Source: Obrimoposthia wandeli
Lineage: Eukaryota
Direction of reading: 5' to 3'
Length of the DNA: 64,000 bases
Assembly (NCBI GenBank): GCA_977020255.1
Contig: CDROCS010002735.1
Location: forward strand, 62,001 to 126,000
The position numbers and the translations under genes were made by a program. A model generated the notes under the pieces. That model worked only from the letters and a program-made list of their open reading frames with translations, ran no database searches and was not told where the DNA came from. Below, in pieces: positions 10,942 to 19,737 of the stretch (positions are counted from its first letter, which is position 1; each line of letters begins with the position of its first letter).

Positions 10942-11890
10942 TCTAATGCTAAGCTCAGTCATCTTTCTTGGCAGTCTAGCGCCGTTTAGTCAGGCGTCAG
11001 AGTTCCCAGTAAGTGTAAATAGTTGCGGCCGAACAATTACATTTGAAAGAGCACCTCAACGCGCGGTTATTCATGATCAGAATATGAGTCAGATGGCGTT
11101 TGCTTTGGGTATTCAAAACAATATAGTGGGTTTGACAGGGATTACTGGCTGGTATAAAACGTCGGCTGAATTTGATAGAGATCGTGGAGACATCCCTGAG
11201 TTGGCAAATAAAAACCCGACCACCGAAAACATTCTAAGTGTGGATGCTGATCTGTTTTTTGCTGGTTGGAATTACGGCATGCGAACAAATGGGGAACTCA
11301 CTCCGCAGAGTTTAGGGAAACTTGGTGTACCTGTGTTAGAGCTTTCTGAGTCTTGTGTTCATTTAAGTAAGTCGGGTGCTGACGCTTCTATGGATCTGCT
11401 CTATAAAGATGTGTTGCGCTTAGGGTCTGTTTTTGGAGTCCAAGAGAAAGCGGTTGCGTTGACTAATGAATGGCAATTAAAACTACAGGAAATAACTAAT
11501 ACACTACAAGGGAAGCCGGCGATTAAAGTATTTCTTTATGATTCAGGCGAAGATAAAATATTTACATCTGGTCGTTTTGGAATGCCAACGGCATTGATTC
11601 GTGCAGCTGGGGGTATAAACGTAATGGATAACATTGATACCAGCTGGGGTAAAGTGGGCATTGAAGCTGTAATGGACGCCGAACCTGAGTTCTTTATTTT
11701 AGTTGATTACCAAGAGGGAGGCTGGAAGTCTTCTTGGGACTTTATCAAAAATCACCCTGTACTATCAACCCTCGATGCCGTTAAAAATGAGCGATTTTTA
11801 CCCCTTGAATACGGAGAAATAACCCCGGGACCACTGAATATTCAAGCAATACAGAAACTGTCAAAGAAAATGCACGAGATTGGAAGTTAA
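10934..11890 (+). CDS. Periplasmic binding protein, BtuF/FepB class (probable corrinoid)
   Basis: Signal peptide MRNLMLSSVIFLGSLAPFSQA; PQRAVI, ENILSVDADL and AVKNERF motifs; ATG 10934 overlaps the ATPase stop. Confidence 0.9.
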   Translation: MRNLMLSSVIFLGSLAPFSQASEFPVSVNSCGRTITFERAPQRAVIHDQNMSQMAFALGIQNNIVGLTGITGWYKTSAEFDRDRGDIPELANKNPTTENILSVDADLFFAGWNYGMRTNGELTPQSLGKLGVPVLELSESCVHLSKSGADASMDLLYKDVLRLGSVFGVQEKAVALTNEWQLKLQEITNTLQGKPAIKVFLYDSGEDKIFTSGRFGMPTALIRAAGGINVMDNIDTSWGKVGIEAVMDAEPEFFILVDYQEGGWKSSWDFIKNHPVLSTLDAVKNERFLPLEYGEITPGPLNIQAIQKLSKKMHEIGS

Positions 11891-12923
11891 AGCATTGAAC
11901 AGTGCTCGCAAGCCTCAAATAATAGCAGGTTTTTTATTGCTTTTTATTGCGCTGTTTTCACTTACAGGTGTAGTGATAGGTGTTAGTCAAATTAGTCCTG
12001 CTCAAGCGCTTGGCATTATACTACAAGGTATTAGCCCAGATTTGACCGTCAATTTTATTGAGCCGTTTTGGCGTAAGTCTCAAGCGGTTATTATAATAGA
12101 GTTACGAGCCCCACGAACCATTTTAGGTATCTTAGCAGGTGCAGGATTAGCGGTTTGCGGAGCTGCTTTACAGGCCGTAACCCGCAATCCTCTCACTGAT
12201 CCATTTCTGCTAGGAGTTTCGTCTGGCGCATCAATGGGAGCGGTATTAGTCATCTCACATGTCGGTCTGTTAATAGGTGCTTACACTATGCCTGTGTTTA
12301 GCTTTGCAGGCGGCTTATTTTCTTTTTTCTTACTCTTATTATTGATCCGACGACCCGAAAATCAGCGACCAGAGCGCTTAGTGTTAGCAGGTGTGGCAAT
12401 TTCGTTTTTACTAATGGCGGTCACTAACGGTCTAATTTTTCTTGGAGATCAACGAGCAGCACAATCCATTGTTTTTTGGATGCTTGGCGGTCTTGGTCGG
12501 GCGCGTTGGGACTTGCTCCCGATTCCCAGTGTGTGCATTATATTGGGTGTTGTCGTGTTGTTTTGGCAATCCCGAAATTTAAATGCCATGATGATGGGGC
12601 GAGAAAGTGCCGCTGCAATGGGCGTTTCAGTTAACCGAGTTCAAATAACCGTCTTGCTTTTAGCTACGTTGGTAACGAGCTCAATTGTTTCGCTTACCGG
12701 GACTATTGGATTTGTTGGTTTAGTTGTCCCGCATATTATGCGAGCATTTGTCGGCGGTGATAACCGTATATTGTTGCCGTTATGTGCACTGGCGGGAGCC
12801 GTTTTTGTGCTTGCTGTAGATATCATGGCTAGGCTGTTATTGGCCCCGCAAGAATTACCTATAGGTATTCTTACTGGCGCAGTGGGAGGCTGCTACTTTT
12901 GTTATTTACTGGCGCGCCGCTAA
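11880..12923 (+). CDS. ABC permease, BtuC/FecCD family
   Basis: ELRAPR, TRNPLTDP, GFVGLVVPH and ELPIG motifs; TTG start. Confidence 0.92.
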   Translation: MEVKALNSARKPQIIAGFLLLFIALFSLTGVVIGVSQISPAQALGIILQGISPDLTVNFIEPFWRKSQAVIIIELRAPRTILGILAGAGLAVCGAALQAVTRNPLTDPFLLGVSSGASMGAVLVISHVGLLIGAYTMPVFSFAGGLFSFFLLLLLIRRPENQRPERLVLAGVAISFLLMAVTNGLIFLGDQRAAQSIVFWMLGGLGRARWDLLPIPSVCIILGVVVLFWQSRNLNAMMMGRESAAAMGVSVNRVQITVLLLATLVTSSIVSLTGTIGFVGLVVPHIMRAFVGGDNRILLPLCALAGAVFVLAVDIMARLLLAPQELPIGILTGAVGGCYFCYLLARR

Positions 12924-13312
12924 TTACAGATGGTAGATTTTTCGTGACTTTTTTGTTGACAGTTTAGCAGGCTTAATAAACTTGAAATCGCGTATACGTT
13001 ACCTCAGTTTTAGATTTGGCTATAGCCGCAAAATCTTCAGCAATTATGTGGTTTCTTGGCGTTTTTAAGACTGGTCTTATCTTAAAACGCGAGATTAAAG
13101 AGTTGTGCAATTTATCATGAAATCAATTTATAAAAGTTTCTGTGAGATAGCAAGACTGACTAAAAATTGTAGAAGATTACTCAATAAGCTCATAGTAACC
13201 AATATATGATCACCGTTGTTATATAAACGAACCAACCAGCATACGGGAACAAAACTTGACCTGTGATATGGCCCAGCTCTCTAGATTGATTATATTGTCA
13301 AAATACCTAGAA

Positions 13313-13480
13313 TTAATATTTATTGGAGTTTATTGCAGGTCTACAAAAGGAGTTCCCAGTTTGTTCGGTGCACTTAGTTCCTTTAACTCCGTCATAAACA
13401 GCTTGGCTTACATGCTTCATGGAGCAACCGGAAATGGCTAGCAACAAAGCAAGCGCTATCGTACAACTTATACTATTCAT
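13313..13480 (-). CDS. Small predicted lipoprotein (55 aa)
   Basis: MNSISCTIALALLLAISG|C lipobox, then a CTEQTGNSFC pair; restarted from the longer ORF 13313..13705. Confidence 0.6.
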   Translation of the reverse strand: MNSISCTIALALLLAISGCSMKHVSQAVYDGVKGTKCTEQTGNSFCRPAINSNKY

Positions 13481-13616
13481 TTTCAGTCCTGAAATATAAA
13501 ACATTCTAATACTATTTTCGTTCTCTAGAAGCCAGTCGTCAAAGCTAAACACTTGATCCAAAGGCACTAAAGGAAAGTCGGTTTGTACGATAAATAGAAT
13601 GAGGTTTGACTCACAA

Positions 13617-14346
13617 TTATACTTCGGCACTATTATACAATACGGGCATACTGCTTTGCCATTTCCTCCAGAGCAGGTCATCAATAACCAAGTCTCGCAT
13701 AGCACTAGCGACGTTTATTCTACTACAGATGCCTGAATTAAATATGGCACTGCGTGTTGGAGAGGGGTACATTTTATATGCAGATTCTTGTAAATGATCC
13801 ACTAGCGCATCAGGTCTGATTGAAACCCATGTTAGCTGTGGATGACACGGGCCTATTTTAGTGCGTAAATATATAGCTGCCTGCTCATTATCCCGATGAG
13901 GTGGCAATATATGGCACAATGTAAAAATCACCATTTTTTGAGCGCTAGAAATTATTTCGTTCAAGTCAGGGTTACGCACGCCACTACTGCTCATCAGTAT
14001 GTACTTGACCTTCTTATTGGTATTGTGGCTAATAATCGCCTCACACAACTTTTGTGTTGCATCCGTGACTAATGTACGAGGAGGTGCAAATACCCCCCCG
14101 AAAACTAAGTTTGTGTCCAAGTGTGCTGATAACAGCAGAGCAATCTTGCACTATCTGAGCGAGTTGTTCTTCGCTCATAGCCAGTATATTAGCTTTAATA
14201 ACGGTTAATCGAGAATGTGTTTGAGCATATTGACTGAGGTTTGTCTTGTTTCTGACGATGATTTTCACACGCTTACCACTGTGTAATAACTGTTCTACTA
14301 CTAAACGCCCAGTGCCGCCGCTAGCACCTACTACTAAGACCGACAT
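13617..14346 (-). pseudogene. Atypical SDR/NAD(P)H-binding protein split by a +1 frameshift
   Basis: N-terminal half has VVGASGGTG; C-terminal half has IRPDAL and RINVA. Removing one G from the G7 run (C7 at 14093-14099) gives continuous KLSFRG-VFAPPR. Confidence 0.85.
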
Positions 14347-14441
14347 GTTTTCACCTTTAATGTTTGATTGTAATTATATGTCTGAAGCATTAGTTTAGTC
14401 TATGCAGTAAATAATAGTAATATGGTATTTATCTATAATAA

Positions 14442-14459
14442 CTATGCATATATGCATAG
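14442..14459. promoter_or_regulatory. Perfect 18-bp palindrome, probable LysR operator
   Basis: CTATGCATATATGCATAG between the divergent SDR and lysR genes. Confidence 0.5.
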
Positions 14460-14463
14460 ATAG

Positions 14464-14497
14464 ATTAGGTTTATTGTCACTTACCCGAACGAAAATA
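14464..14497 (+). repeat. 34-bp direct repeat, left copy (just upstream of lysR start)
   Basis: ATTAGGTTTATTGTCACTTACCCGAACGAAAATA; 30/34 identical to 15416-15449. Confidence 0.85.
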
Positions 14498-14509
14498 GGT
14501 ATTAAAGAA

Positions 14510-15412
14510 ATGGATTGGAGATCAGTAAAATTTGACTGGAATCATGCCAGGTCTTTCTTGGTTACAGCCGAGGAGGGATCGCTTTCTGCTGCCGCAAGAG
14601 CTCTAGGGATGAGCCAACCGACCTTAAGTCGCCAAGTCAGCGCGTTGGAAAAAGATTTGGGAGTGGTATTGTTTGAACGTATAGGTCTAGGTTTAACAAT
14701 TACTCCCACCGGCCTAGAGCTGCTACAGAAAGTGCGCTTGATGGGGGACGCTGCCAGTCAACTCTCGCTGCTTGCCAATGGTCACTCTCAACAGCTTGAA
14801 GGAAATGTGTGCATTAGCGCTAGTGAGGTCTATGCGATATTTTGGTTACCTAAAATTATCGCAAAATTATTACTATTAGAACCAAAAATCAACATTGAAA
14901 TTATTGCGACTAATGATGCAAGTGACTTACGAAAACGTGAGGCTGACATTGCTATTCGCAACTTTAAACCTACCCAGCCAGAGCTAATAGCACGCAAAAT
15001 CAAAGACGTTAATGCTAAACTTTACGCTAGTCCTAGTTATCTCAAGAGCATTAATAAAATAAACGAGCTAGAAGATCTTAATCAGGCAAATTTCGTCAGC
15101 TTTGATAGTTCAGGTATGTTGATAAAAGGTCTTAGGGAAAGGGGTTTGAATTTAAACTCAGAGAATTTCAACCATTTAAGCGAGAACTTTATCGTACACT
15201 GGGAACTGGTAAAGCAAGGATTAGGCATAGGTATAATGCCGCAAGATATTGGCGATCTTGAACCAAAAGTGCAGCAAGTCTTGCCCAGTTTTAGCACTAT
15301 AAACTATCCAGTATGGTTAACTACTCACCGTGAATTGCATACAAACACCCGGGTTAGAATGGTGTTTGATTTGCTCGGTAAGGAACTTGCGAAGCCGTAT
15401 GCACAACTGTAA
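14510..15412 (+). CDS. LysR-family transcriptional regulator
   Basis: AEEGSLSAAARALGMSQPTLSRQVSALE HTH plus LysR substrate-binding domain; likely start MDWRSVKFDW at 14510. Confidence 0.95.
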   Translation: MDWRSVKFDWNHARSFLVTAEEGSLSAAARALGMSQPTLSRQVSALEKDLGVVLFERIGLGLTITPTGLELLQKVRLMGDAASQLSLLANGHSQQLEGNVCISASEVYAIFWLPKIIAKLLLLEPKINIEIIATNDASDLRKREADIAIRNFKPTQPELIARKIKDVNAKLYASPSYLKSINKINELEDLNQANFVSFDSSGMLIKGLRERGLNLNSENFNHLSENFIVHWELVKQGLGIGIMPQDIGDLEPKVQQVLPSFSTINYPVWLTTHRELHTNTRVRMVFDLLGKELAKPYAQL

Positions 15413-15415
15413 GCT

Positions 15416-15449
15416 ATTAGTTTTGTTGTCACTTACCCGATCGGAAATA
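15416..15449 (+). repeat. 34-bp direct repeat, right copy (just after lysR stop)
   Basis: ATTAGTTTTGTTGTCACTTACCCGATCGGAAATA. Confidence 0.85.
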
Positions 15450-15821
15450 ACACTTTTGTGAGATTTTACATTAGGAAGGATTAGGAAATTTCTGTAGAAG
15501 CTGAAATATTACATGTTCAATGATTTGGTGTATTTACTAGAGGGTTTAATATATGCAAATGAGAAAAAACCTTTAAGTTAGGTTGTTAATTTATCTTATT
15601 GAAATTTATATGTTATTTAATTTTTAATATCATTAAATCCACTAAAAATACGCCAATCTATTACATTGAATTTGATACTAAAAACCTGACTAACATTTTT
15701 ATATAATACCTCTGTACCATAGCGTTTCATCTATCAAAGTAACGATTCAATTCAGCTCGATTGAATAGGGCGCTAGTTATTAGTTCTCTCCTTATTTCTA
15801 CGTAATAAACTGTTTCTCCCA

Positions 15822-16226
15822 TTAGTACAGCTTATAATAAGTTGGATTGAATAAAGCCATATACTTTTTATCCAATACATCTTTGAAGCTGATACTAAGT
15901 TTTCGGTTGTCAGCAAGGAAGGTTTCAACCAATAAGTTTTCAAAACTGTGTATATTGAATAATGCATTTCTAATTGTGCGCATATATTTTAAAGATGAAA
16001 TAATTCCTGAATTCATCAGAATCCCTATATGATGAATTGGAACACTTAATAGCGCAGTTGCTTGCTCTGTATTGGCTTGAAAAGTGTCATGTGAGATTTC
16101 TCTATCAGTATTTCTAAGGCAAAAAGCTATCCAATTTTGATACTGTTGCTCAGGTAATTTTTTAAGTTGTGGGATAATTGGGAGAAGAACAGCATTGTTT
16201 ATTACATAGTGGTCAGTCTTTTTAGT
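15822..16226 (-). pseudogene. Gene remnant with an excisionase/MerR-like HTH pattern
   Basis: 134 open codons after an in-frame TAA (16227-16229), no ATG until 16016; segment NTEQATALLSVPIHHIGILMNSGII fits an AAxxLgV-turn-helix-G pattern. Confidence 0.35.
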
Positions 16227-16373
16227 TTAGATCCGATTACTAGCTGAAAACTTGCAAGGCATTCAAATTTAATGCACTTATTTTTTTAGCCTCATATGTA
16301 ATATTAGACTGAGCCACAGTCTTAAGAGTCGTCGTAAACTACAATAATAATTTAGAAGGTGCATAACAAGCTA

Positions 16374-16409
16374 TACTATGTCCAATACTCTTAAGTATTG
16401 GACATAGTA
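16374..16409. repeat. Perfect 16-bp inverted repeat with 4-nt centre, upstream of the recombinase
   Basis: TACTATGTCCAATACT-CTTA-AGTATTGGACATAGTA. Confidence 0.9.
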
Positions 16410-16453
16410 GTATATGTTGTTATACTGGGTTTTGCTTATAATTATGTGAATAT

Positions 16454-17734
16454 TTGGATTTTTATATGTTACAGATAACGCCTTTAATAAATACCTTTAC
16501 TGAAATTAGAAACCAGCGATCTTTGCTTAAACAGCAACAGCTTGCGACCGAATATCCTAGCGTGGCATCTTTTCTTAGTTCATTAAATGAATTACAGGAA
16601 ACTGCGCAAACTGAACTCATATTTGTCTTAGACTTTCTATATATTATGGGTCGAAAATCAGATGGTACGTTTATTCGGTTTCGCAATGAAATTGAACGTT
16701 GGTGTTTGTTTTGTTGGCAAGAGCGAAAAAAAGCTATTTTTAATGTTAACCGTTCAGACATTGAAGCTTATATTGAATTTGTTTGGAAACCCGATAAAGC
16801 TTGGATTGGACTTTCTGTACAGCAGCGCTTTAAATTAATATCTGGGAGCTTTCAAGCAAATCAGAAATGGCGTCCGTTTGTAGTTAAATTGCCAAAATCG
16901 ATGGTTAAGAAAAATCAAAACCACAACTTAAGCCCCGAGCAATATAGGCCTTCTCAAGAATCGTTAATTTCTACCTTCACAGCTATCAGCGTGCTTTATC
17001 AACACGCGCAAATGGAGGAAGTTTGTGATAAGAACTTTGTGCCAGTAGTAAAAAAGAGCTGTCCATATTTAGTTAAAGAGGTACAGCGCAAGACTCCGGA
17101 TACACTTAGTGAATTGCAATGGGAATACGTATTAGGCACGACCAAAGAAATGGCAGATGCAGATAGTCAGTATGAGCGTAATTTATTCATTATAGTGACA
17201 TTAAAATCTTTATATTTAAGGGTTTCTGAGTTGTCAGAACATGCAAAGTGGCGGCCTACCATGTCTGATTTTAGTAAAGATAATGATGATTTCTGGTATC
17301 TCACAGTGTTTGGTAAAGGCAATAAAATTCGTTCTGTTACCGTGCCACAAGCCTATTTAGAATATCTAAAACGTTACCGTACTTATCGACAGCTATCGGC
17401 TCTGCCCTCGCCTGATGAAGATTCTGCGATGTTAAATAAATTGCGCGGATCTGGAAATATGACCTCTCGTCAAGTACGCAGGATTGTAGAACAAAGCTTT
17501 GATTATGCGATAAAGGCTTTACAGAAAGATGGCTTTATTGAAGATGCTAATTATCTGATGGCCGCAACAACTCATTGGCTAAGGCATACTGGAGCAACTG
17601 AGGATGCAGGCTCTAGACCGCTCAAACATCTTGCCGATGAGTTGGGCCACGCATCATCAGAAACAACGGATAAAAACTATATACAAAGCAATATTAAGGA
17701 TAGAGCAAGAAGCGGCTTTAAAAGAAGTATTTAA
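16454..17734 (+). CDS. Tyrosine recombinase (site-specific integrase)
   Basis: Full catalytic set: R (YLRVSE), K (GKGNK), HWLRH, LGH, Y (DKNY); N-terminal core-binding region; ATG start probably 16466. Confidence 0.93.
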   Translation: MDFYMLQITPLINTFTEIRNQRSLLKQQQLATEYPSVASFLSSLNELQETAQTELIFVLDFLYIMGRKSDGTFIRFRNEIERWCLFCWQERKKAIFNVNRSDIEAYIEFVWKPDKAWIGLSVQQRFKLISGSFQANQKWRPFVVKLPKSMVKKNQNHNLSPEQYRPSQESLISTFTAISVLYQHAQMEEVCDKNFVPVVKKSCPYLVKEVQRKTPDTLSELQWEYVLGTTKEMADADSQYERNLFIIVTLKSLYLRVSELSEHAKWRPTMSDFSKDNDDFWYLTVFGKGNKIRSVTVPQAYLEYLKRYRTYRQLSALPSPDEDSAMLNKLRGSGNMTSRQVRRIVEQSFDYAIKALQKDGFIEDANYLMAATTHWLRHTGATEDAGSRPLKHLADELGHASSETTDKNYIQSNIKDRARSGFKRSI

Positions 17735-17832
17735 TACAGTCGATTTGGCCGTTGATAGATCATCAAGGTAGATTCCTCTAGCCCAGAACAATTAACTATG
17801 AATGCTTGCTAACCAAGAAAGGTTAGCGCCAG

Positions 17833-19737
17833 TTATTTCAGCTCATCAGAGGATACTACTCTTGCGCGGCCATTCGTTTTTGCTTGATATAACCGTTTAT
17901 CAGCGACTTCAAATAAAGCTTGCCAATCTCCACTTTCAATTTCACTTGAATGAGCGATGCCTAAACTCAAAGAGAGATGCTTAAGAGTGGATTTTTCATG
18001 TTTAATATCAAGTTTCTGGATAATTGACTGTATTCTATCGGCCACTAATTCAGCCTGAGTCATGGTGCTATTAACTAATAATACCAAAAACTCTTCCCCG
18101 CCATAGCGCACCGCTAAATCAGCATCATTGCGCAAGCTTTCTTTAATCGCAGTTGCAACTTTAGTAATGCATACATCACCTTCCGCATGGCCGTAGAAAT
18201 CGTTAAAGGCCTTAAAGTAATCTATGTCAGCCATAATTAATGCGTAATTTGACTCTATTTGCTGATCAATAAAAGGCTTTAGTTTTCTACGGTTATAAAG
18301 TCCTGTTAAAGTATCTGTTAATGATTCGTCTTTAACTTGTTCAAGTGTTTTAATTAATTGATGTTCTTTTTTAACATCAACAGTTATATCAATTAACAAA
18401 GCAAGTGTACTAGCTTTGTCATTCCAATCTATATCGGTAGCGAAAAAGCGGAAAAAGCATTGACCTATTTGCAATCTGTCTTTGTAGGTCATGGTTTTAA
18501 TAGCGATGAGGAGGTTTTGAGAAATAATGTCAGTATTGTTTATTGCATTTAGATCTAGCAGTTGCTGAGAATACTGATTGCTGTAAACAATTTTCTCTGC
18601 ACTGTAAATAATCACTGCTTGATTGGAGTTTTCAATGATCAGCATTAATTGCTTAGCGTTGGTTTTTATTTCGTTTTTTTGCTGTTCATTCTTAAGCATA
18701 TACTTAAGGATAGATTTTGCAATGATGCTAATTTCAGAGCCCCCTCGTGTTTCTTTTGTCAGCATTTTACGGTTCTCTTTAGTGCCGATACTTCTAGCTA
18801 GAACTATTAATCTTTTAGAGACGCTTTGGTGAAACAAATACATGAAGGCAATGGTAAAAATAGTGGTGAAGAGAACAATTGAGATTAATGCTTTAGTATA
18901 GTTTGATGAAATATTGTTTAGCTCTTGGGTGCCTTCCTTTACTAAGTTTTTAACAACATTAACTTTATCAAAAGAAATGGCGATAAGCTGTTCAATAATG
19001 ACGTTAGTTTGTGTTTCTAACACTGATAAATTGACCGAAATATCACCTTGCTCTTGAAGTACGGCAATAATCCCATCTTCGGGGTGATCAATGATTTCGA
19101 AAAAGCGCTTGTCGTTAATACCCATTATCCTTAATTGTTTAATTTTATTGATAATATTACTTCTGGCACGCTTAAATAAAAATGTGGTCGGGTAATCAGG
19201 GAGTGAGCGTGCTGATGTATAAAGCTGGTTAAGTTCACTTGTTTCACTCATTTGATGACTTTGTAATTTCATTAGCTTATTTATGTAAGCATCATCTAAT
19301 GCAATTATTTGTTTACGCAAGTTTAGTTTAGAATCAATAAATCTATCCGTTTCTAAGCTATAAGAATTAACAATAGGTAATAATTCTTTTGTCATCGCCA
19401 GCATTAGTTTACTGTATTTGTCCTTGGAAATATTATCAATAGCGAGTGTGATTTGATGTAATTCATTACTAAGCTCTTGCACAATAACCCTGTTTTCGGC
19501 GCTACTTTTGACGTGAGGAATTGCATCCATTTTTCTAAGCACGTTCTTGATTGCTAAATGTAAATTTGATGATTTTGATAATTCTGGAACCTGTTTTTCA
19601 GAGACAACAAGAGATAGGTAACTAAATTTATCCATCATCCAAAATGATAATGCCGTAATCATAAAAAGCGCGATTAGAATAACCAGCATACCGGCATTAA
19701 TTCTAACGGATATGCTAGCTTTCCAATTAGTTCTCAT
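17833..19737 (-). CDS. Membrane-bound diguanylate cyclase (TM-periplasmic-TM-HAMP-like-PAS-like-GGDEF)
   Basis: DTLTGLYNRR, DIDYFK..NDFYGH..GD and RYGGEEF motifs; two hydrophobic TM segments. Confidence 0.92.
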   Translation of the reverse strand: MRTNWKASISVRINAGMLVILIALFMITALSFWMMDKFSYLSLVVSEKQVPELSKSSNLHLAIKNVLRKMDAIPHVKSSAENRVIVQELSNELHQITLAIDNISKDKYSKLMLAMTKELLPIVNSYSLETDRFIDSKLNLRKQIIALDDAYINKLMKLQSHQMSETSELNQLYTSARSLPDYPTTFLFKRARSNIINKIKQLRIMGINDKRFFEIIDHPEDGIIAVLQEQGDISVNLSVLETQTNVIIEQLIAISFDKVNVVKNLVKEGTQELNNISSNYTKALISIVLFTTIFTIAFMYLFHQSVSKRLIVLARSIGTKENRKMLTKETRGGSEISIIAKSILKYMLKNEQQKNEIKTNAKQLMLIIENSNQAVIIYSAEKIVYSNQYSQQLLDLNAINNTDIISQNLLIAIKTMTYKDRLQIGQCFFRFFATDIDWNDKASTLALLIDITVDVKKEHQLIKTLEQVKDESLTDTLTGLYNRRKLKPFIDQQIESNYALIMADIDYFKAFNDFYGHAEGDVCITKVATAIKESLRNDADLAVRYGGEEFLVLLVNSTMTQAELVADRIQSIIQKLDIKHEKSTLKHLSLSLGIAHSSEIESGDWQALFEVADKRLYQAKTNGRARVVSSDELK

